The notes under the pieces: model-generated
Seen by the model: the letters and a program-made list of their open reading frames with translations, nothing else
The model's database searches: none
Told to the model about the DNA's origin: nothing
Source of the DNA: Clostridiales bacterium
Lineage (GTDB): Bacteria; Bacillota; Clostridia; Oscillospirales; Oscillospiraceae
Length of the DNA stretch: 64,000 nt
Reading direction: 5' to 3'
Assembly: GCA_004553545.1 (NCBI GenBank)
Contig: SFLD01000019.1
Span: forward strand, 8,630-72,629
Made by a program: the position numbers and the translations under genes
Part shown: positions 9,332 to 21,241 of the stretch, one piece after another
Layout of the letters: each line of letters starts with the position of its first letter
Numbering within the stretch: position 1 is the stretch's first letter

Positions 9332-10216
9332 TTATCGCCGGAAAACGAGGCCGGCATTTTCCCGCCAGTTCTCCTTCACCTTCACCCAGGTCTCGAGATA
9401 AATTTTCGTGCCCATGAATTTCTCCATGTCGCGGCGGGCCAGGGAGCTGATCCTCTTCAGCATGGCTCCCTGCTTGCCGATGATGATGCCCTTGTGGCTG
9501 GCCTTCTCGCAGTAGATGACGGCGTCCACATCCACAACGCCGCTGTCCCGCTCAGAGAACCTGGTGATCTCCACGGCGGTGCCGTGGGGGATCTCCTTAT
9601 CGAGGCAGAGGAGCATCTTCTCCCGCAGGATCTCGCCGATGACCTGCCGCTCCGGCTGGTCGCTGGTCTCCCCGTCCGGGAAGAGCTGGGGGCCGGGGGC
9701 CGCGAACTTCTGCAGCTCCGCCATCAGCTCGGAAAGCCCGTCCCCGCTGTGGGCGGAGATGGGCAGGATGGCCTCGAAGCCGTTCCAGGCCTCGTTGTAG
9801 GCCGCGATCACCGGCAGCAGCTCCGCCGGCTCCACGGTGTCGATCTTGTTGATGCAGAGGATGCAGGGGATCTTCTCCTCCCGGATGCGGCGGATCAGCG
9901 CCAGCTCCGGGGCCCCCACGTGGGCGATGGGCTCCACCAGCAGCAGCGCCGCGTCCACGTCGGAGAGGCTGGCGGTGACCACCTTCACCATGTAGTCCCC
10001 CAGGGCGGATTTCGGCTTGTGGAGGCCCGGGGTGTCCATCAGGACGAACTGGGTGTCCCCCCGGTTCACCACGCCGCAGATGCGGTTGCGGGTGGTCTGG
10101 GCCTTGTTGGAGACGATGGCGACCTTCTCGCCCACCAGGGCGTTGGTCAGGCTGGATTTCCCCACGTTGGGCCGCCCGCAGACGGTGACCATGGCGGTTT
10201 TCGTAATTTCAGACAT
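9332..10216 (-). CDS. era: GTPase Era (C-terminus slightly atypical)
   Basis: GRPNVGKS, QTTRN, DTPG, NKID, KH domain GIIIGKQG. Confidence 0.95.
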   Translation of the reverse strand: MSEITKTAMVTVCGRPNVGKSSLTNALVGEKVAIVSNKAQTTRNRICGVVNRGDTQFVLMDTPGLHKPKSALGDYMVKVVTASLSDVDAALLLVEPIAHVGAPELALIRRIREEKIPCILCINKIDTVEPAELLPVIAAYNEAWNGFEAILPISAHSGDGLSELMAELQKFAAPGPQLFPDGETSDQPERQVIGEILREKMLLCLDKEIPHGTAVEITRFSERDSGVVDVDAVIYCEKASHKGIIIGKQGAMLKRISSLARRDMEKFMGTKIYLETWVKVKENWRENAGLVFRR

Positions 10217-10338
10217 AGGTGATCCTCAACTTTCTTTGAGCGTTTTTCCCCCGTTTTCCGGGGTCTTTTTCTATTCTACCACCCTCCCGGCCATCCGGGA
10301 AGAGGTTTTTCGTTCTTCTGCGGCTCCGCCGCGAAATT

Positions 10339-10434
10339 TCATCCCCGCAGCTCCGGCAGAAAGCCCTGCATCCGCTTGGTCACCAGCCCCCCGCTCCGCA
10401 GGGAAAGGAACTCCGTCCTTGGGCCAGTCCCGTA
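10339..10434 (-). pseudogene. Remnant duplicate 3' end of the NUDIX gene
   Basis: 30-bp and 19-bp blocks identical to 11309-11338 and 11348-11366; encodes EFLSLR...LVTKRMQGFL. Confidence 0.75.
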
Positions 10435-11295
10435 TCAATCCAGGTAGCAATCCTCCATCATAACAGGGAGCTGCGGACGCCAATCCTGCAGCAGGGCGGC
10501 CCGGGCGGATGCGCTCTGCAGGAAATGCTCCACCTGGGCGGCTTCCCGCTTGGCCGAGGGATACGGGGATTCCAGCAGCTGTTCCTTCCAGAGACTGGCA
10601 TATTCCCGAGCCAGCGCTGGCTGGTCTGGCAGCAGGGCCTGCAGAAGCAGTACCTTTTCCGTCATCCCCAGCGCGTATGCCTTCCATGCCCGGATGGCCA
10701 ATGTTGCCGCATCGGGTCTCTTCAAAAGCACCGACAATGTAAATCTTGCCCAGAGGGAAAGGTCGCTGCCCTCCGCCAGCAATTCCCGCAGTTCCGGCGT
10801 CTCCTGTCTTCCGCTGCTCAGAAACAGCGCATATGCCAGCAGATCCGCAGAGTCCTCCCGCTCATCGGGCTGAGCCAGAGCCGGAAGCTTTTGGCTCCAG
10901 TACAGTATTTCCCTGTCCGCGCCGCTTCGGGAACAGGCGAGCGCGCAGTGGTAGGCGGAACTCCAGTCCTCCGGTTCCAGGGAAAACGCGGCCCGGAACT
11001 GGACCAGTGCGGCTTCCGGCTGATGTTCGGAAAGCGCCAGATACCCCAGCATCCAGTTGGCGCCTTTGGTGCTGCCGCAGGCCAAAACCTTCTCCAGCCA
11101 GTGCCGGGCCAAGTGCCCGGCCCGCCGTCCGCGGCCCGAGCGGAGCTGCTGCCCTTCCTTCCCGTAGAAGACCCCCAGATTCTGAAAGGACCTCTGGCAG
11201 GGCGTCTCTTTCACCGCCTGCCGCAGAAAGTTCTGGGCCTCCCACAGCCTGTGGTCGTTCATTGCCTGAAAGGCAGCGGATTCATACATCCCCAT
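10435..11295 (-). CDS. TPR-like hypothetical protein
   Basis: Helical repeats (FQNLGVFY, AFSLEPEDWSSAYH); visibly less GC3-biased than neighbours. Confidence 0.7.
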   Translation of the reverse strand: MGMYESAAFQAMNDHRLWEAQNFLRQAVKETPCQRSFQNLGVFYGKEGQQLRSGRGRRAGHLARHWLEKVLACGSTKGANWMLGYLALSEHQPEAALVQFRAAFSLEPEDWSSAYHCALACSRSGADREILYWSQKLPALAQPDEREDSADLLAYALFLSSGRQETPELRELLAEGSDLSLWARFTLSVLLKRPDAATLAIRAWKAYALGMTEKVLLLQALLPDQPALAREYASLWKEQLLESPYPSAKREAAQVEHFLQSASARAALLQDWRPQLPVMMEDCYLD

Positions 11296-11773
11296 TCTCT
11301 TTCTCCTTCAGAAAGCCCTGCATCCGCTTGGTCACCAGTTCCTCTTCCCGCAGGGAAAGGAACTCCTCCCGGCTGACCCAGCGGTACGCCACGGTCTCGC
11401 CCTCCTGCAGCGTCACGCCGTCCTTGGGTCCGTTCGTCACGCAGAGGAACTCCACATAGTGGGTGTCGGCGCTCCGCACCCGGCCCAGCTCCTGCAGTTC
11501 CTCCGCCCGGATGCCGGTCTCCTCCCGGAGCTCCCGGCGGGCGCAGTCCAGGGGCGCTTCCCCCTGCAGGGCGGAGCCCCCCGCCGTGGCCTCCCACAGC
11601 CCGCCGTAGTGCTTCCGGGGATCCCGCCGCATCAGAAGATAGCTCCCGTCCGTGTGCCGCACCAGCACATCGCAGACCAGGTGGTAAGCTCCCGCCGGGA
11701 TGGGCTCTCCCCGGACCAGGCTCACGCCCTCCACCCGGCGGAAATTCTCATCATAGGCGTCCCAAAGCTCCAT
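11282..11773 (-). CDS. NUDIX hydrolase
   Basis: Nudix box GGSALQGEAPLDCARRELREETGI. Confidence 0.93.
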   Translation of the reverse strand: MELWDAYDENFRRVEGVSLVRGEPIPAGAYHLVCDVLVRHTDGSYLLMRRDPRKHYGGLWEATAGGSALQGEAPLDCARRELREETGIRAEELQELGRVRSADTHYVEFLCVTNGPKDGVTLQEGETVAYRWVSREEFLSLREEELVTKRMQGFLKEKENGDV

Positions 11774-11783
11774 CCGTTCCTCC

Positions 11784-12224
11784 TCAGTACCCCTCGTTGA
11801 CCACGGTCCAGCCGGTCTCGGTCCGGTCCAGCTGGATCAGGCGGTCCTCCTGCGCCGCGCCGTCCTTGCGGACGGTCACGGTGAAGTTGCACTCCCCCTC
11901 CGCGAAGGGATGGCTGCCCTGGGGCAGGTATTCCATCCCCTCCACGGTGAAGACGGTCCCGGCATAGTAGTCCCGTGCCGCCGCTTCGGCGGCCTGGATA
12001 TCCTCCTCCGTCAGCTCCGGCGCCTCGCTGCCGGCGCCGTCCTCACTTCCGGCGGAAGCGCCGGCCGCGCTCCCGGCAGGGGCACCCGCCGAACTTCCGG
12101 CAGGCTCCCCACTCGACGCAGAGCTCCCGGCGGAGCTTCCCGCCCCGCTGCCGGGCGCCGTATTCCCGCAGCCGCTCAAAACCAGCACCGCCGCCAGCAG
12201 GGCGGCCAAGCATTTTTTCCTCAT
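11784..12224 (-). CDS. Lipoprotein, Ser/Gly/Ala linker plus small NTF2-like domain
   Basis: MRKKCLAALLAAVLVLSGC lipobox; ends GWTVVNEGY. Confidence 0.75.
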   Translation of the reverse strand: MRKKCLAALLAAVLVLSGCGNTAPGSGAGSSAGSSASSGEPAGSSAGAPAGSAAGASAGSEDGAGSEAPELTEEDIQAAEAAARDYYAGTVFTVEGMEYLPQGSHPFAEGECNFTVTVRKDGAAQEDRLIQLDRTETGWTVVNEGY

Positions 12225-12250
12225 AATCTTCCTCCTCTTTTCCGCGCCGC

Positions 12251-12883
12251 TCAGCGGCGGTCCTTTTTGCGCCTGGCGCTGGGGGGCGCGCCCTTTTCCT
12301 CCGGATGGGTTTCGATCCAGGCACGACGGCGGGCTTTGTTCCGTTTTCGCTGCCATCTTTGACGGATCACACGTCGGTTATCCCAGAGGTCCCACAGTTC
12401 AAACCCGGCGATAAGAAGGGTCCACCCAAGGAATCCAAACCAAAAATAGCCCTTGGTATAACGGCGGGTATACTCAACATCCTCCATCGAGAGGAATACC
12501 TGGTCTCCTACCTGGACCTCCACCGCTTCCTTGGCCTGCGACCCCAGGCTCATCGGGTGGTTGTCCACATAGTAGATGGTAACGGGAGCATCCTTGGCAG
12601 CTTCCTTGAACTTTGCGGTGTTAAAAACCCCGGGGTCGCAGAGCGCGTCGCTGACCCAGTATTCTTGACCGTTATCCATTCGGATGACAAAATTCGAGAC
12701 CGTTCCCTGGTATTTGCCGCCTTCCTTTCGGTAGAAGTACGTGTCAACGCAGTCTCCTGTGTAGACGGATGCTTTCTCCCGAAGCCCGGTGGCAAGATAG
12801 GTGCAGGAGGAGTAAATGCAGATAAAACCCAGTAGCGCCGCAACGCACCAGCAAAAGATTCGGTCCTTTCGGTATTGTGTCAT
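12251..12883 (-). CDS. Hypothetical two-TM membrane protein
   Basis: GGAGG RBS; two hydrophobic helices flanking a soluble loop; lower GC. Confidence 0.7.
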   Translation of the reverse strand: MTQYRKDRIFCWCVAALLGFICIYSSCTYLATGLREKASVYTGDCVDTYFYRKEGGKYQGTVSNFVIRMDNGQEYWVSDALCDPGVFNTAKFKEAAKDAPVTIYYVDNHPMSLGSQAKEAVEVQVGDQVFLSMEDVEYTRRYTKGYFWFGFLGWTLLIAGFELWDLWDNRRVIRQRWQRKRNKARRRAWIETHPEEKGAPPSARRKKDRR

Positions 12884-12922
12884 AACTGCCTCCCTCCCTT
12901 GGTGTGATCCGCGCCCCGGTCC

Positions 12923-15775
12923 TCAGTCCTCCGGCCGCGGCGCTTTGACGGCTTCCAGGCTTCGTTTCAGATACTGCCCCGTGTAGCTCCCGGCGCAGTC
13001 CGCCACGGTCTCCGGCGTGCCGGTGCAGACCACCGTGCCGCCGCCGTCGCCGCCCTCGGGGCCCAGGTCGATGAGCCAGTCGGCGCACTTGATGACATCC
13101 AGATTGTGCTCAATGACGATGACGCTGTTCCCGGCGTCCACCAGCCGCTGCAGGACCTCCAGCAGCCGCTTCACGTCGTCGGAATGGAGGCCCGTGGTGG
13201 GCTCGTCCAGGATATAGACGGTCTTCCCCGTCGCGATCTTGGAGAGCTCGGTCGCCAGCTTCACCCGCTGGGCCTCGCCACCGGAGAGCTCCGTGGAGGA
13301 CTGCCCCAGCTTCACGTAGCCCAGGCCCACGTCGCAGAGGGTCTGGATGCGGTTCGCGATCTTGGGGATGGGGCGGAAGAACTCCGCCGCCTGCTCCGCC
13401 GTCATGTCCAGCACGTCCGCGATGGTCTTGCCCTTATAGCGAATTTCCAGCGTCTCCCGGTTGTAGCGGCTGCCGTGGCAGACCTCGCAGGGCACGAAGA
13501 TGTCCGGCAGGAAGTGCATCTCGATCTTGAGAAGCCCATCGCCGGAGCAGGCCTCGCAGCGGCCGCCCCGGGTGTTGAAGCTGAAGCGCCCGGGGCCATA
13601 GCCCCGGCTCTTGGCCTCCTGGGTCTGGGCAAAGAGGTTCCGGATGTCGTCAAAGACCCCGGTGTAGGTCGCCGGGTTGGACCGGGGCGTCCGGCCGATG
13701 GGGCTCTGGTCGATGTTCACCACCTTGTCCAAAAACTCCATGCCGTCGATGCCGTCGCACTTGCCGGGGCGGGTCTTCATGCGGTTCAGCTCCGCCCCCA
13801 GCTTCTTGAAGAGGATCTCGTTGACCAGGGACGATTTCCCGCTGCCGGAGACCCCCGTCACCACGGTGAAGGTCCCCAGGGGGAAGGAGACGTCGATGTT
13901 CTTGAGGTTATTCTCCCGTGCGCCCCGGACGGTGAGGAACTTCCCGTTCCCTTTCCGCCGCTCCGCCGGCACCTCGATGCGTTTCCGCCCGCTGAGATAC
14001 TGCCCCGTCAGGGAGTTGGGGTCCGCCATGACCTCCTCCGGCGTCCCGGCGGAGACCACCTCGCCCCCGTGGACCCCCGCGCCGGGGCCGATGTCGATGA
14101 GGTAGTCGGCGGCGCGCATGGTGTCCTCGTCGTGCTCGACGACGATGAGGGTATTGCCCAGGTCCCGGAGCTTCCGGAGGGTCGCCAGCAGCTTGTCGTT
14201 GTCCCGCTGGTGGAGGCCGATGGAGGGCTCGTCCAGGATATAGAGCACCCCCATGAGGGAGGAGCCGATCTGGGTCGCCAGGCGGATGCGCTGGCTCTCG
14301 CCGCCGGAGAGGGTGGCGGCGGACCGGGCCAGGGTCAGGTAACTGAGGCCCACGGACTGGAGGAAACCCAACCGCGCCCGGATCTCCTTTAAGATGCGGT
14401 CCGCGATGAGCATCTGCTGCTCCGTGAGGGTCAGCCCCTCCACGAAGGCCAGCTCCTCCGTGACGCTGCGCTCTGTGAAGGTGTAGATATCCTCCCCGCC
14501 CACGGTGACGGCCAACGACTCCTTCCGGAGCCTGCGGCCATGGCAGGCCGGGCAGGGGCACTCGCTCATGCAGTCCTCCAGGTCCTTCTTGCTGGCGTCG
14601 GACTGAGTCTCGGTGTAGCGGCGCTCCAGGTTGTTGCAGATGCCCTCAAAGGCCTGGTAGAGGACGCCCTTGCCCCGGGGCTGGTCGTAGTGGAGCTCCA
14701 GCTTCTCGCCCTTGGTGCCGTAGAGGATGATGTCCCGGGCCTCGGCGGAGAGGTCCTGCCAGGGGGTGTCCAGGGAGAAACGGTACTTCTGGGACAGGGC
14801 CTCGAAGTACATCCGGGAGATGCCGTCCGAACGGATGGAGTTCCAGCCCATGGCCTGGATGGCCCCGCCCAGGATGGATTTCGTCTTGTCCGGGACGATG
14901 CGGTCCGGGTCCACCCGCTTCTGGCTGCCCAGGCCCATGCAGGTGGGGCAGGCGCCGAAGGGGTTGTTGAAGGAGAACATCCGGGGCGTCAGCTCCTCCA
15001 GGGAGATGCCGCAGTCCTCGCAGGCGTAGTTCTGGGAAAAGCTCAGGTCCCGCTCCTCCCGCAAAAGATTCACCACCACGAGACCCCCGGTGAGGTTGGA
15101 CGCCGTCTCCACGCTGTCCGTCAGCCGGGCGCGGATGTCCGGCCGGACGATGAGCCGGTCCACGATGATCTCGATGGAGTGCTTCTTGTTCTTCTCTAAG
15201 GAAATTTCTTCCTCCAGCTCATAGAGGTTTCCGTCCACCCGGACCCGGGAGTAGCCGGAGCGGCGGGCGTCCTCGAAGACCTTGGCGTGCTCGCCCTTCT
15301 TCCCCCGGATGAGAGGGGCCATCACCTGGATGCGGGTGCCCTCCGGCAGGGCCATCACCTGGTCGATGATCTGGTCGATGGTCTGCTGGTGGATCTCCTT
15401 GCCGCAGTTGGGGCAGTGGGGGGTTCCCACCCGGGCCCAGAGCAGACGGAGGTAGTCATAGATCTCCGTCACCGTGCCCACGGTGGAGCGGGGGTTTTTG
15501 CTGGTGGTCTTCTGGTCGATGGAGATGGCCGGGGACAGGCCGTCGATGTAGTCCACGTCGGGCTTCTCCATCTGCCCCAGGAACATCCGGGCATAGGAGC
15601 TGAGGCTCTCCACATAGCGCCGCTGGCCCTCGGCGTAAATGGTGTCAAAGGCCAGGGACGACTTGCCGCTGCCGGAAAGGCCGGTGAGCACCACCAGCTT
15701 GTCCCGGGGGATGGTCACGTCGATATTCTTCAGGTTGTTGGCGCGCGCGCCCTTTACCACGATCTGATCCTGCAT
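12923..15775 (-). CDS. uvrA: Excinuclease ABC subunit A
   Basis: Two ABC ATPase modules GLSGSGKSS and [14 protein letters not shown] signatures, Zn fingers. Confidence 0.98.
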   Translation of the reverse strand: MQDQIVVKGARANNLKNIDVTIPRDKLVVLTGLSGSGKSSLAFDTIYAEGQRRYVESLSSYARMFLGQMEKPDVDYIDGLSPAISIDQKTTSKNPRSTVGTVTEIYDYLRLLWARVGTPHCPNCGKEIHQQTIDQIIDQVMALPEGTRIQVMAPLIRGKKGEHAKVFEDARRSGYSRVRVDGNLYELEEEISLEKNKKHSIEIIVDRLIVRPDIRARLTDSVETASNLTGGLVVVNLLREERDLSFSQNYACEDCGISLEELTPRMFSFNNPFGACPTCMGLGSQKRVDPDRIVPDKTKSILGGAIQAMGWNSIRSDGISRMYFEALSQKYRFSLDTPWQDLSAEARDIILYGTKGEKLELHYDQPRGKGVLYQAFEGICNNLERRYTETQSDASKKDLEDCMSECPCPACHGRRLRKESLAVTVGGEDIYTFTERSVTEELAFVEGLTLTEQQMLIADRILKEIRARLGFLQSVGLSYLTLARSAATLSGGESQRIRLATQIGSSLMGVLYILDEPSIGLHQRDNDKLLATLRKLRDLGNTLIVVEHDEDTMRAADYLIDIGPGAGVHGGEVVSAGTPEEVMADPNSLTGQYLSGRKRIEVPAERRKGNGKFLTVRGARENNLKNIDVSFPLGTFTVVTGVSGSGKSSLVNEILFKKLGAELNRMKTRPGKCDGIDGMEFLDKVVNIDQSPIGRTPRSNPATYTGVFDDIRNLFAQTQEAKSRGYGPGRFSFNTRGGRCEACSGDGLLKIEMHFLPDIFVPCEVCHGSRYNRETLEIRYKGKTIADVLDMTAEQAAEFFRPIPKIANRIQTLCDVGLGYVKLGQSSTELSGGEAQRVKLATELSKIATGKTVYILDEPTTGLHSDDVKRLLEVLQRLVDAGNSVIVIEHNLDVIKCADWLIDLGPEGGDGGGTVVCTGTPETVADCAGSYTGQYLKRSLEAVKAPRPED

Positions 15776-15844
15776 GGGTCTTCCTCTCTTGCCGCAGTGA
15801 ATTTGCCCCAAAGGGCCGGGGCCGGCAGCACCCCACGTCCCGGC

Positions 15845-15873
15845 ATAATACCGGAACAATTTTTTAATGTCAA
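15845..15873 (-). promoter_or_regulatory. uvrA sigma-A promoter with a degenerate LexA (Cheo) box in the spacer
   Basis: TTGACA-17-TATTAT; gaacaatttttt (15854-15865) resembles GAAC-N4-GTTC. Confidence 0.6.
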
Positions 15874-16063
15874 CTGCAATTAAAAAAGAATTTGTGTTGA
15901 TTTTCAAACTTTTATTCTGGAAAACGCCACCCAAAGGGCGACCGCCGCCCCATCCCCCGCGCCAGAACTACCAGGCTGTCAATACCCTCGTCTTCCACAA
16001 AGCAGAGAACCCGGAATGACCGCATGCCCCCCGCTTCGGTCTTTCGTCTTCACAGGGAAGAAA

Positions 16064-16470
16064 CGGATTCCCACGTCGGCCCTGTGGGCCTCCTCGGAAT
16101 GACAAAGGTTAAGGTTGTCATTGCAAGGAGCGACGCGGTGCACCTGGGGTGTAGTCACCGCCAGCCAAATTTCGTACCGAAATTGGGGCGCTGGTTATGG
16201 CAATCCGCACCCTTCGTCCTGTCTCCGTCCCCCGCAGGGCGATGTCCTCCCAGCCCCGTCCCCTCCAGGATGGTTTCCAAAGGAAGGGCCGCGGCCCTTC
16301 CTTTGGTCGTTTCAAGGGGGTCGTCAGGGGGGAAATTCGAAATCCCCCCTGACAATCTTTCTTGGGGAGCGCGAGGGGATATTCTTTTGATTCGAAAAGA
16401 ATATCCCCTCGCAAGCCGCCGACCTTCGTCGGCGGCCCGCCCACTCGCTGCGCCCCGAAGGGGAACATTG
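16064..16470. repeat. Cluster of REP/MITE-like palindromic elements
   Basis: ggattcccacgtcggcc...ggaatgaca / tgtcattgcaaggagcgacgcgg doublet also at 18549-18640 and 56814-56903; several further perfect hairpins. Confidence 0.75.
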
Positions 16471-16479
16471 AGCCGCAGC

Positions 16480-16965
16480 TTACTCCACCGTCAAATCGGC
16501 GGCGGTGGCGCCCAGGAAGTCCATCAGGACCGCCGGGTCCACCTCCACCTGGTGGCCGATCTTTCCGGCGGAGACGCAGATGCTCTCAAAGAGCACCACC
16601 GTCTCGTGGAAGACCGTGGGGAAGGGCTTCTTCATGCCCACGGGACTGCAGCCGCCGTGGACATAGCCCGTGAGGGGCAGGAGCTCCTTCTGGGGGATCA
16701 TGGCCACGGACTTCTCCCCCACGGCCTTGGCCGCCTTGCGGAGATCCAGGCTCTCCGCCACCGGGATGTCAAAGACATAGTGCGCCCCGGAGGCGCCTTT
16801 GCAGACCAGGGTCTTGAAGACCTGCTCCACGTCCTGGCCCAGGGCCTTCGCCACAGAGACGCCGTCCACCGGGCCGTCCGCCGGATAGCTGTGGGGGATG
16901 TATGGGATCTCGTGCTGCTCCAGCACGCGCATCACGTTGGTTTTTTCTTCCTTTTGCTTTGCCAT
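16480..16965 (-). CDS. ybaK: Cys-tRNA(Pro) deacylase
   Basis: KTNVMRVL, VFKTLV, TGYVHGGCSPVGMKK. Confidence 0.95.
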   Translation of the reverse strand: MAKQKEEKTNVMRVLEQHEIPYIPHSYPADGPVDGVSVAKALGQDVEQVFKTLVCKGASGAHYVFDIPVAESLDLRKAAKAVGEKSVAMIPQKELLPLTGYVHGGCSPVGMKKPFPTVFHETVVLFESICVSAGKIGHQVEVDPAVLMDFLGATAADLTVE

Positions 16966-16981
16966 GGTTTCCTTTCTCCTC

Positions 16982-17737
16982 TCATCCCAGCGCCCGCTGC
17001 GCCAGGAACAGGATCAGCATGTGAACGGGGTAAAAAGCGTAGCAGGCGTACTGAATGGCCCTGCTGTGGGGACCCTGCCGTCCCCGGTAGCAGAGGATGG
17101 GCACGAGAGCCAGCACCGCGAGGCCCTGCTCCGGAAAGGTGACGCCGAAGGCCGTCAGCTCCTCCCCGGCGAGAAGCACGCCGTTGAGGTAGAGGAGGCC
17201 CGCAAGCTCCGGGAGCCAGCCCCACTTCCACCCCCGGCAGAAGTAGAAGAGCAGCACCGTCACCACGCCGCAGCCGTAGTAGTCCACCATGGTGACGGTC
17301 CCCAGGAGATAGCCCAGAACCACGGCGGCGGCAGCGGCCAGGAGGTACGCGATCCTCCTCTTTGCCCGGAACTTCTCCACCCCCAGCAGGAGCAGGATGG
17401 CCAGCACGAAGGTGAACATCACGTTCTGGTGGAAGGGATAGACGGCCGTTCCGGCGTAGAAGAGGTTGAAGGGGATCTCCGAGACGGCGGCAAAGGCCAG
17501 CATCCGCAGGAGATATCTCTTCCGGTCATGGGTCCGGGCGAAGCCCTCCGCGATCTGGAAGGCGAAGATGGGGAAGGCGATGCGGCCGATGTGGGTGAGC
17601 CAGGCCTGGTCGGAGGCCACGGACGCCCAGAGGTGGTCGCAGAGCATCAGGGCCATGGCCAGGAGCTTCAGCCCCAGGGCGCTGAGGCCGCCGGGGGCGG
17701 CCTTGGAAAGGGTGCTGGTGGGATCTGCGGTATTCAT
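16982..17737 (-). CDS. TraX-family membrane protein
   Basis: LKLLAMALMLCDH, GRIAFPIFAF, SEIPF, YAFYPVH. Confidence 0.9.
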   Translation of the reverse strand: MNTADPTSTLSKAAPGGLSALGLKLLAMALMLCDHLWASVASDQAWLTHIGRIAFPIFAFQIAEGFARTHDRKRYLLRMLAFAAVSEIPFNLFYAGTAVYPFHQNVMFTFVLAILLLLGVEKFRAKRRIAYLLAAAAAVVLGYLLGTVTMVDYYGCGVVTVLLFYFCRGWKWGWLPELAGLLYLNGVLLAGEELTAFGVTFPEQGLAVLALVPILCYRGRQGPHSRAIQYACYAFYPVHMLILFLAQRALG

Positions 17738-17758
17738 GACATGTTCTCCTTGAAATTT

Positions 17759-18145
17759 TCAGGTATTGTTTGTGCCCGCCAGCTCCCGCTGGACGTATTT
17801 GGGGAGCTTGGAGACCACCAGACGGTAGGACTCCCCGGCAAGCTCCCTCAGCAGCTCATCCGGCAGCTCACCGTCCAGAAGGCAGGCAATCCAGCTGCGC
17901 TTGTCCATGTAAAAGCCCGGCAGGATCTCCGGGTTCGTGAGGCGCAGAGCCTCGGCGCGGTCCGGGTCGCACTTGAGATTCACCAGCTCATGGCCGCCGT
18001 AGACCTTGTGCTCCGCCCCGGGGGCGCAGACGGCGGCAAAGAGCTTGCCCCGGACCTGGTAGCGCATCCAGCCCCACTCGATCTTATAGTCCTTCTCCGC
18101 CCCCGGCAGGGAGAGGAGATAGGCATCCAGCCATTCGTATTTCAT
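17759..18145 (-). CDS. MmcQ/YjbR-family DNA-binding protein
   Basis: VRGKLFA, NLKCDP, PGFYMDKRSW, SYRLVVSKLPK. Confidence 0.9.
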   Translation of the reverse strand: MKYEWLDAYLLSLPGAEKDYKIEWGWMRYQVRGKLFAAVCAPGAEHKVYGGHELVNLKCDPDRAEALRLTNPEILPGFYMDKRSWIACLLDGELPDELLRELAGESYRLVVSKLPKYVQRELAGTNNT

Positions 18146-18159
18146 GGCAGTCTCCTTTC

Positions 18160-18748
18160 ATAAACGCCCCGGAAGGGGCAGGTCATCCGCCGGGCAAGTC
18201 CGGCGGTATCAGCCCGCAGGGCAGGATGCGGCGCAGGTCCGCCCCCACGGTCATCGAAGCGGACAGCCGCACCGACGGGTCGCCGCCCCCACACCCGGCG
18301 GGAGACGAGGAACGGCGGGGTGCGGTCACCCCGCCCTACGGAAGCACCACTGGTGGTGCCCAGCAACCTCGGGCAATCCCTCAGTCACGGCTGCGCCGTG
18401 CCAGCTCCTGTTGCGGTGCCCAAAATTCTTTGCTCGCATATGCTCACAGAATTTTGACCACTGCCACTCCTTTTTGCTCGCTTCTTCCGCCACTGGCGGC
18501 GCTCGCAAACGTCCCCCTTTACACAAGGGAGCCTTTAGGACGGGGGGATGCGGATTGCCGCGTCGCTTCGCTCCTCGCAATGACAGTCCTAAACCTTTGT
18601 CATTCCGAGGAGGCCCAACGGGCCGACGTGGGAATCCGTCTTTTTTTACGATGGACGGGGGGGCGGGCCGCCGTACCTAGGGCATGGCCTCCGCCGGCCA
18701 AATTTCGTTCCGAAATTTGGGGCGTCGGTCAGGTCGTCGGCCCCTACG
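18160..18748. repeat. REP field downstream of the RAYT gene (GTAG/GTGG-footed REPs, TGTCATT doublet, nested inserts)
   Basis: Minus-strand cgtagggcggggtgaccgcaccccgccg (18313-18340), cgtaggggccgacgacc (ends 18748) and others. Confidence 0.8.
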
Positions 18749-19253
18749 GAAGGTCAGCGGTGTAATAGCGGTCTTCCTGCCAGCGAGCAGGGTTGTTCTC
18801 CATGTATTCCCGGACCCGGAAGGCGTCCGCCTCATTGCGGATCACGTGATCGTAGTAGCTTGTTTGCCAAAGGCTTTGACCCGCTTCCCGATTCGTAAAA
18901 CGTTTTAACGCCGCAATGACCCTGGACAGCAGCTGCGTAGGGCGCGACGACCCCGGCGCGCCGGCCTCTGATCCCGCGATCCGCAGGAAAAGATGCACAT
19001 GATTCGGCATAACGACGTACTGTTCCAAAATAACGTTGGGATACGCCGCCGGAATAGAGTTGATCCACTTTTCCACCATCCTCCCGATCTCCGTCAGTTC
19101 CATCTGCGGCACGCCGAGGTCGTCGTGCCCTACGAAGGCAGACGCAAGACAGTGCGACCGATCTTTGGTACAGATCGTGACGAAGTAGCCGCCGGGGTGG
19201 CTGTAGTCGTGCCGCGGCAGGCGGAGACCGAGGCGTTTCGGCAAATGTTCCAT
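18744..19253 (-). mobile_element. REP-associated tyrosine transposase (RAYT, IS200/IS605 TnpA superfamily)
   Basis: RLPRHDYS..GYFVTICT, HUH motif VMPNHVH, WQTSYYDHVIR, catalytic YMENNP; flanked by REPs. Confidence 0.92.
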
Positions 19254-19258
19254 TCCGC

Positions 19259-21229
<1,971 letters not shown>

Positions 21230-21241
21230 AGGCGCCTCCGT

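Noticed and set aside
16024..16468. ORFs across the repeat clusters (also 18144-18765 and 40085-40498)
   Set aside because: Translations of palindromic repeats with no coding bias.
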